Shown here: piece after piece, positions 51,171 to 54,205 of the stretch | How positions within the stretch are numbered: position 1 is the first letter of the stretch | How the letters are laid out: every line of letters starts with the position of its first letter | Origin: Octopus bimaculoides | Lineage: Eukaryota | Assembly (NCBI RefSeq): GCF_001194135.2 | Contig: NC_068990.1 | Location: forward strand, 12,228,345 to 12,282,549 | Length of the DNA stretch: 54,205 nucleotides | Direction: 5' to 3' | Notes under the pieces: generated by a model | The model's input: only the letters and a program-made list of their open reading frames with translations | What the model was told of the DNA's origin: nothing | The model's database searches: none | Program-made: the position numbers and the translations under genes

Positions 51171-52740
51171 GTCTCTGGGACCTTTTGGCACCAAACATTT
51201 TGTATCATTCTAGTTGACAACTAACTTGTAATCACAACTACTAAACTACTAAACTTCATTTAACTTTCTGCTTTATTTTATGTATATGATGGTCCGTAAA
51301 ATATTGGTTTTAAATTTTGGCATAATGCCAGCAATTTCGTGGGGAGGGGGTAAGTTGATTACATTGACCCCTAGTGATCAACTGGTACTTATCTTATTGA
51401 CCCCAAAAAGATAAAAGGTAAAGTTGACCTGGGTGGAATTTGAACTTAGAACATAAAGACAGATGAAATACCATAAAACATTTTGTGTGGCATGTTCAGG
51501 ATTCTGCTAGCTTGCCACCTTAATGGTCAAGGAAATATGGACGAGACACAGGAAAAAAAAAGATTTTCTCACAATAGATTGCTGTACATCTCTGACAAAG
51601 CAGAACTGACACTGAATTTTAATCTTGGCAGTGAAATGAATGTCTGGTAGAGTGAGAAGCATTAAGAAGTACACGTGCTTGCTTCCAGTACCAAAACAGT
51701 TTCAAAGTTCATCCAGTCGGTCTTGCCAAATCACCAATGTCCAAAAAGCTGCCTCCAGTCATCCATCTCGTTCCGGGACAAAATAGGGTCGTGCTAAACT
51801 GGGCCCAAGAAAATCAAGCCCAAGCCAGAAAACAAGAAGGGAACCAATGAGTCATGATGCTATATCCAAATTCTTGTTATATCTGAATTCAAATAAATTC
51901 AGAGGATGTTTAAATGGAACGGTATTATACTCCAAATGAGTGCCTCCCATTCACAGCCAAACTGAAATACTGCATTCCAAACTACTCTGTTGACATTTGG
52001 TAGAAATTTGATCTTCTTAATAAATTCTATTTGAAATTCTTCACAGATACAATTCATTCCCAAATTTGTTTTCAAGTTAACATTTCAGCAAATTTGTTAT
52101 AAGGTCGACCTTTTCTAGATTGATACACTTGACACCTATATCTTGTCATATCTTCATCTTACACCATAAAAAAAAAAATTAAAATGAATGCATTTTCATT
52201 TGTCTTTTTTTTTTTTCTATCTGACATGGTTTCACTGCATTTGAAGGAAATAAAAACTTGGAAATAAATAAATATATTATTACCAAGAATGGCACATGAA
52301 TGAATCCAATGAAGCCATCTCCAGTGACTCAATAATGCTAATAATGAAGTTAATAAAATGAAACTGCTGCAAAATTTATTGTAAAGCTGACATTTACATG
52401 AATTTGTTGCAAGTTTTAATGCTGTTATAATTTACACTTAAAGCTGATAGGAGTTTTATTCTGATATAAGACTAACCTTTATAACAACATGTTCCAACAT
52501 TGAGAAGTTAGGAATTTTTTCAAAAATTTTATTGTCAGGTTAACTATTTATTAAAACTTGTCATAAATTTGAATTTTTTTCTTCCTTTTATTTGCAGAAA
52601 AGCAATAAATTTATGATGGGCTGAGAAGATTATTATTAGTTAAATCAGCATTGTAGCCAATTAATTTCCTTTCATTTACATTTTTTTAAGGACCTTGCCT
52701 TAAGACTGCCAAGAATGTAACATAATGTTGTTTCCGTATC

Positions 52741-53300
52741 AAGGCAGAAATGTTAGTACACCGGGCAAAATGCTTAGCGGTATTTTGTCTGCCGCTATGT
52801 TCTGAGTTCAAATTCCGCTGAGGTAACTTTGCCTTAATCCGTTTGTCTGTCCTTGTTTGTCCCCTCTGTGTGTAGCCCCTTGTGGGCAGTAAAGAAATAA
52901 GAAACGTTAGCATGCCGGTATTTCATCTGTCTTTACATTCTGAGTTCAAATTCCTCAAAGGCTGACTTTGCCTTTCATCCTTTTGGGGTTGATAAATTAA
53001 GTACCAGTTACGTACTGAGGTTGATCTAATTGACTGGCCCCTTCCCCAAAAGTTTTGGGCCTTGTGCCTAGAGTAGAAAAGAATATTGTTTTTGTATCTT
53101 AGGGCAGTGAACTTGCAGAACCCTTAGCTTGCCAGGCAAACTGCTTAGTGGCAGTTCATCTGTCTTTATGTCCTGAATTCAATTCCTGCCAAAGTTGGCT
53201 TGTCTTTCATCTTTTCAAGGTTGATAAAATAAGTACTGGGATCAATGTAATCAACTTACCCCACCCACAAAATTGCTGGCATTGTGCCAAAATTTGAAAT
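52741..53300 (+). mobile_element. Head-to-tail cluster of three SINE family C copies
   Basis: The core ct-a-ttcaa-ttcc...tttcatc recurs at about 52800, 52940 and 53175, with family C heads and tails between them. Confidence 0.85.
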
Positions 53301-53878
53301 CAGTTTCGTTTCTGTATCACTATAAAACTGAAGCTGCTGCTGCTGCTGCTATTGTCATTCTTACTGCTGCTGCTGTTATTTAGACAAGACCAAATCTGAT
53401 CAGCTGATCTCTGATCATCAAAATTTGTCATACATCAGTGCTGGGAACTACTTTGTCCAAAAAATCTCAAAACAAATCTGTCAACTTGTATCAATATAAG
53501 AAACTATTATAATAAGGGTTTTTATAATTCCTCATGAAGGACGACAAAAGTGATTGACTGCGTTGTTTCTTTCTCTTTCTGTGATGTGTGTGTGTAAGTG
53601 TGTGGGTACGTGGTGTGCTTGTGTGTATATTCGTTTCTTATTTTGTTTTCACTAGAATCTATTACTGGACTGTAGTCATATCAAGAAAGTGGTATCTGCC
53701 TCATATACACCTCAGTTCTTATTCTTCAGTTTAGCGATCATTTTATTGATCTCTACTTGTCGCGCAACTAAGTTCATTATTATTATCATGATCATGATGA
53801 TAAAATTATTCTAGTATTTTCTACCTTGTCTTATTTTCCTTATACATATCAGCTTGTGAGTTACTTTTCTACCTTCTA

Positions 53879-53913
<35 letters not shown>

Positions 53914-53917
<4 letters not shown>

Positions 53918-54205
53918 GCATCAAGCTGTTAGATCAGGTTATGAAAGTTACAGAGAGGGTCATAGCCCAACTAATTAGGGAGCGAATCAATTTAGATGAG
54001 ATGCAGTTTGGGTTCGTGCCAGGTAAAAGCACTACTGATGCCTTATTTCTAGTGAGACAGTTGCAAGAGAAATACCTAGCCAAGGATAAACCTCTGTACC
54101 TGGCTTTCGTTGACATGGAGAAAGCCTTTGACAGGGTCCCCCGATCCCTTATCTGGTGGTCAATGAGGAAACTTGGGATAGAAGAATGGCTAGTGAGAGC
54201 TGTGC
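53914..54205 (+). mobile_element. RTE-clade LINE, 5'-truncated, reverse transcriptase N-terminal part; frame open to the window end
   Basis: My translation from 53914 gives 97 codons with no stop: RGIKLLDQVMKVTERVIAQLIRERINLDEMQFGFVPGKSTTDALFLVRQLQEKYLAKDKPLYLAFVDMEKAFDRVPRSLIWWSMRKLGIEEWLVRAV. It contains the RGIKLL, QFGF..GKST.DA and AFVD.EKAFD motifs of RTE-type RTs. Missing from the ORF track because there is no stop inside the window. Confidence 0.92.

Noticed and set aside
51670-51800. Minus-strand frame HDPILSRNEMDDWRQLFGHW-TGA-FGKTDWMNFETVL as a selenoprotein
   Set aside because: No start or good splice context, no recognisable selenoprotein family, and no SECIS seen.

Overview
Strongly AT-rich, gap-ridden eukaryotic genomic DNA, almost entirely non-coding. 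It is dense in TA, CA, TAGA, CAT and TAA microsatellites and in several tRNA-headed SINE families. The repeat content resembles a cephalopod (Octopus-type) draft assembly; that is recognition from memory, not a database result. No complete host gene is identifiable, and nearly all ORFs in the supplied track are microsatellite or N-gap artefacts. Recognisable protein-coding remnants all belong to transposable elements: an uninterrupted RTE-clade reverse-transcriptase frame running off the right end (53914-54205), four decayed RTE-like 3' ends, two tandem R4/Dong-like RLE retrotransposon fragments embedded in (TAA)n, a CRE-like RLE fragment, and a mariner transposase N-terminus with an inverted second copy. 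There are also Tc1/mariner and piggyBac-type MITEs and a probable solo LTR. The most notable non-coding structures are minimal type I hammerhead-ribozyme motifs of the Penelope-like kind: one sits in a 74-bp fold-back, one has a variant CUGUUGA core, and one is decayed. Three long fold-backs lie within 11 kb. Weak candidate host exons occur on both strands, including a CAG|GAGTAC|GTGAGT 6-nt microexon candidate; none is confirmed.
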